Shown here piece after piece: positions 62,801 to 64,000 of a stretch of DNA of 64,000 bases. How positions within the stretch are numbered: the first letter of the stretch is position 1; the number at the start of each line of letters is the position of its first letter. Source of the DNA: an uncultured Pseudomonadales bacterium. Its GTDB lineage: Bacteria > Patescibacteriota > Microgenomatia > UBA1400 > PJMF01. A model generated the notes under the pieces. The model did no database searches. It had not been told where the DNA came from and saw only the letters and a list, made by a program, of their open reading frames with translations. Both the position numbers and the translations under genes were made by a program. Location: positions 66,770-130,769 of the forward strand of contig CAZEEV010000002.1 of assembly GCA_964511345.1 (NCBI GenBank), in the 5' to 3' direction.

Positions 62801-64000
62801 TATTCCTGATCCTCCAGAGTTTCCTTGTCCAGCGGTTCCGCTTGCTCCACTGCCACTGTATCCACCACCACCACCAGATCCTCCTGAAGTAGCATTTACG
62901 ATTACAACACAGCTATTACTACTACCACCATGCCCACCACCATAAGCAGTAATAGTACCGAATACTGAATTCTCTCCATTTGTTTCAATTGCTCCACCTG
63001 AGCCAACGGTAACAGTAACGGGGGAAGTATTTAGAGAGTAGGAAGAGTTATACGCAATACCTCCACCTCCACCACCTCCGCCATATGTAGCTCCACCGCC
63101 GCCTCCACCACCAACAACCAGAACTTCTGCATTTAATGTTTGAGATGGAGTAAAAGTACCACTGGATGTAAAAGTATGAACAGCGTAGCCATCAATATAA
63201 GTAATAGTTCCACCGGTTGCTAAAGCAGTTGGTTCAGGACTACTAGAAAAATTATTTAGCGTTCCATCACAGCTGTCGCCACAACTGCCTCCAGAGTTAG
63301 CAGTGGTGCCATTGGTTTCGTTAAAGTTCCATTGTGCTACCAAACCATCTGTAGAATAAGGAGTTTCGCCATCGCCAGTTGCAATGCCATTTGCCAACCA
63401 GCTTAAATCATTCCAAGCATTAACATTGGTTAGATCAATAACATCAGAAGTATAAACAGAATAGGGGCGACGAGAGGCGGTGAGCTTGATTTCTTCTGGA
63501 GTGCGGGCGACATTACTAATGCGGACTTCATCCATTGTGCCGTTGAAGGTATTACTTGTTCCGTTATAACGCTTTCCAAGAACCAAGGCATTGGCACTTG
63601 CTCCAATTGCTCCGGTGTTAATTACAGATCCAATGTTATTTCCATCTGCATAAAAAGTGTATTGGCTACCAGCTTTTGTCATTGCCACATGGACCCAACG
63701 ATTTGTTGGCCAAGTGTAGTTATTTGAATTAGCAATAACAGTGTTTGAACTTCCTGAAGTGCCAACAAATTCTAAACCCGCTGTGGCTGATTTAGTATAA
63801 AAAGTCCAGCCACTGGCAGAAGTCCATTTTTCTGCAAGAATTTGTGTCCCTGGGGCTGTTGTCCAATAATACCAACCTTCAATAGTGAAGTTTGAAGTTG
63901 CCGATAAATCGAATGCTGTGCTAGTACTTGATGTAATAATATCGCTCGTGGTACTAAATTGACGACTATTTCCCAATAATCCACTAACTATAGTTGTATT
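56801..64000 (-). CDS. Giant surface protein (at least 2399 aa, 5'-truncated): LamG/concanavalin-like domains, Gly-rich domains, FN3/Ig-like repeats
   Basis: The frame is open to the window end. At least four LamG-like units (FTIEGW/TVESWVK/TVEAWVK/SVSGWIK ... DEVRI), two GGGGG-rich blocks, and YYWR-containing Ig/FN3 modules. Confidence 0.9.
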   Translation of the reverse strand, partial: NTTIVSGLLGNSRQFSTTSDIITSSTSTAFDLSATSNFTIEGWYYWTTAPGTQILAEKWTSASGWTFYTKSATAGLEFVGTSGSSNTVIANSNNYTWPTNRWVHVAMTKAGSQYTFYADGNNIGSVINTGAIGASANALVLGKRYNGTSNTFNGTMDEVRISNVARTPEEIKLTASRRPYSVYTSDVIDLTNVNAWNDLSWLANGIATGDGETPYSTDGLVAQWNFNETNGTTANSGGSCGDSCDGTLNNFSSSPEPTALATGGTITYIDGYAVHTFTSSGTFTPSQTLNAEVLVVGGGGGGGATYGGGGGGGGIAYNSSYSLNTSPVTVTVGSGGAIETNGENSVFGTITAYGGGHGGSSNSCVVIVNATSGGSGGGGGYSGSGASGTAGQGNSGGSGIGCSSPYTGGGGGGAGGSGTNGNSSSGGNGGNGAAYSISGTSVYYGGGGGGNGYYATGGSGGLGFGQNGGGNTTSLVGGGGGGGSTGASLGAGGNGVVIIRYPISSSVGSGWTTNNKRWGSGALMFDGTNDTITSSAINTITDQLTVESWVKPAATSNISAVVSNWTNPSSNSFVLFSSYTSSKPRFRVGPGGTDYNADSSIALNPGSWYHLVGTYDGSSVKIYVNGQLTGSTATSGNLLTTNNDFDIGSYGGSNFFSGIIDSTRIYSRALTASEILSNYNSSRIELQTRVGSSANTNDGTWEEWQPTINESQIDSLDNSADQWSTENYQNISSNINKVGAINTGTGDDGNCTIDSGTINLNSASCSGRADADAINFSSNTFTDAGSTSITISSSPTGLDVGDEVLIINLQGTSSSYNRVGQYETHTISSISTNTLNFTDYHIQNIYDGTTHKIMVQRVPNYTDVAISGGATLTIDAWNGTKNGVLFFRATGAITNSGYIDVSQKGFRGGVVGGNGPESYIGFANEGGGGGGGGTMGHGCGGTAGAVNSGGIGADGAGNGYVSGTTGIGGNGSATGGGGGGSGYGYDNGTGGSGSSPGGNGGSKVSNTGYAGSSSSGYRGGGGGGAGNRDSAGGGGGGGAYSSIRNLYKNDGSLVFFGSGASQGAGGGGGGGAGDYACANGGGGGSRNGIGGARGTDTGSNNSSAGGNGGAGGGGGGIIIINSNSISSSGYIISNAGNGGNGGNGGAGSGSSAGAGGGGGGGQGGSGGSIVINANSISLTGTTATNYGTGGTGGIGGTQGAGDGGSGYPGIIGYYGSIAMYYSNTLSGSTSPSSFYTQKISPQAKSSGLGSSMQLTTGKPGSDLNTIAIWHLDETGGAGAYIKDSSGNNNHGTPTGTAVTEGTSGKARSFNGSSDYISIGSTANLSPTSQVTVEAWVKTSSTVSSLQSIYDRLETVDGFGLYLDNTGKPVFSINGGSAVATSAIDIDNNAWHYLVGTYNKDAGSSQIKIYVDGVQQGVGTYSTAIDYSPAPRNNIGRLGAGSYFAGTIDEIRISSVARSFEEIAENYRMGRDNRVSKIISSTNLSSTTKLPFWIASDRLGTFSQLTIGESALANYEPDTSTVGLWHLDEQSGAGAYLKDFSGNSNHGTPTGTTFTLGKIGRARYFNGTSSDYLTLPNTIDTPIKNNSFSVSGWIKATNFTNEVVILNRGIVSTGGLYYGMGLYFNSGGLVFNRYIGTSTATAVTYSFTPVAGNWYFASATYNKTTGETLLYLNGQLVASGTLSTSDVAYHASYDLGYAVGALRRNVSDRYSNTIVDEVRVDNVIRSADQIRQAYEVGARTHDITIDFKAKLGAGNLIANSGDLSFIVDETAYGSSAMANHLFLDDKIIVKENYDGTEYLAQGTVNAVNFSTGAVTVAAWDADSTFPTGGFTANATVFKWQREYFDITGSMAEHRDAISRLTYRITDGSQGANIWLDDIRYSVGYLTNPLSSLISSSAGNQYFQYRAILSQNNAPAPSATLTSVSLDYSSNYIPLTPSLDAPLDGAVNQSLLPALKTTATDPDSDDLRYKIELCTDLAMTTNCKTFDQTSSQTGWSAASYSSGAQATYTIQLTDILATNTTYYWRSYAIDPAGSNTWSETQSTPYSFTTTDNPEAPTNPYTENTANPTSVVDTTPEFSAIHNDNDGDSANYYEIEVNTAADFTGTVIWDSGQQSMTTTANGARSPQISYAGTGLNYGNNTYYWRIRFWDTFGLVSPWSDTQYFTTNQKPNIPTLDSPADSAIDQNFIIAFKTTTTDSDSDYLRYKIQLCTNVGMTANCQTFDQTSSQVGWSGQNSQTDTAYTSTTQATYTIQTDLEPNTTYYWRSYAIDPAGTNTWSETQNTPYSFATLATPLPASNCYIQENIDRTQFLLVWTDNASNEDFYEVQRSVDGGVWTTLQTSLAANTVNLLDTSISSGHTYQYRVAPYFIGPYYASWCVASPLNIGVGLFNLEGVNASGLHFN
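57143..58207 (-). repeat. Intragenic duplication of a module of about 118 aa
   Basis: Copies at about 57860-58207 and 57143-57502 share LRYKI.LCT...MT.NC.TFDQTSSQ.GWS and NTTYYWRSYAIDPAG.NTWSETQ.TPYSF.T. Confidence 0.85.

Noticed and set aside
60238-62945. Pro-rich and Val/Glu-rich ORFs overlapping the giant gene
   Set aside because: Shadow frames of GGA/GGT glycine codon runs.
1-64000. CRISPR array, rRNA, tRNA, tmRNA, transposase or prophage genes
   Set aside because: By eye I found no regularly spaced direct repeats, no cloverleaf/T-loop or rRNA signatures, and no transposase, integrase or phage structural motifs.
1-64000. Alternative genetic code (UGA=Gly, as in Gracilibacteria/SR1)
   Set aside because: Long conserved genes are intact under code 11, and TGA acts as a plausible stop (6305, 41791, 56271).

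Overview
An AT-rich, very compact bacterial chromosome segment read with the standard genetic code. Gene content points to a Patescibacteria/CPR, Microgenomates-type genome; this is an inference from gene content, not a taxonomic assignment. The window spans the replication origin: dnaA-oriC-dnaN-rpmH-rnpA-yidD-yidC-jag-rnhA, with DnaA boxes and a DnaA-trio element. Housekeeping genes include valS, rplY, uppS, idi, radA, rho, obgE and yvcK. Interleaved with them is a relaxase-less, integrase-less, conjugation-derived type IV secretion-like system: eight VirB2/TrbC-like pilins, a PrgI/VirB3-like protein, VirB4, a VirB6-like protein, a VirD4-like coupling ATPase and several peptidoglycan hydrolases. 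The right end holds three type IV pilins beside a putative pilin glycosyltransferase and the 3' part of a giant LamG/Gly-rich surface protein. Best leads: (i) a 620-bp intergenic region upstream of virD4 with long hairpins of opposite strand polarity and convergent promoters, a candidate sense/antisense ncRNA locus; (ii) the origin-anchored T4SS-like apparatus with an embedded 1075-aa orphan and Cys-repeat pilin fusions; (iii) pervasive -10 boxes 5-13 nt upstream of start codons, suggesting leaderless or near-leaderless translation. All protein family calls come from motif recognition by eye; no database searches were run.
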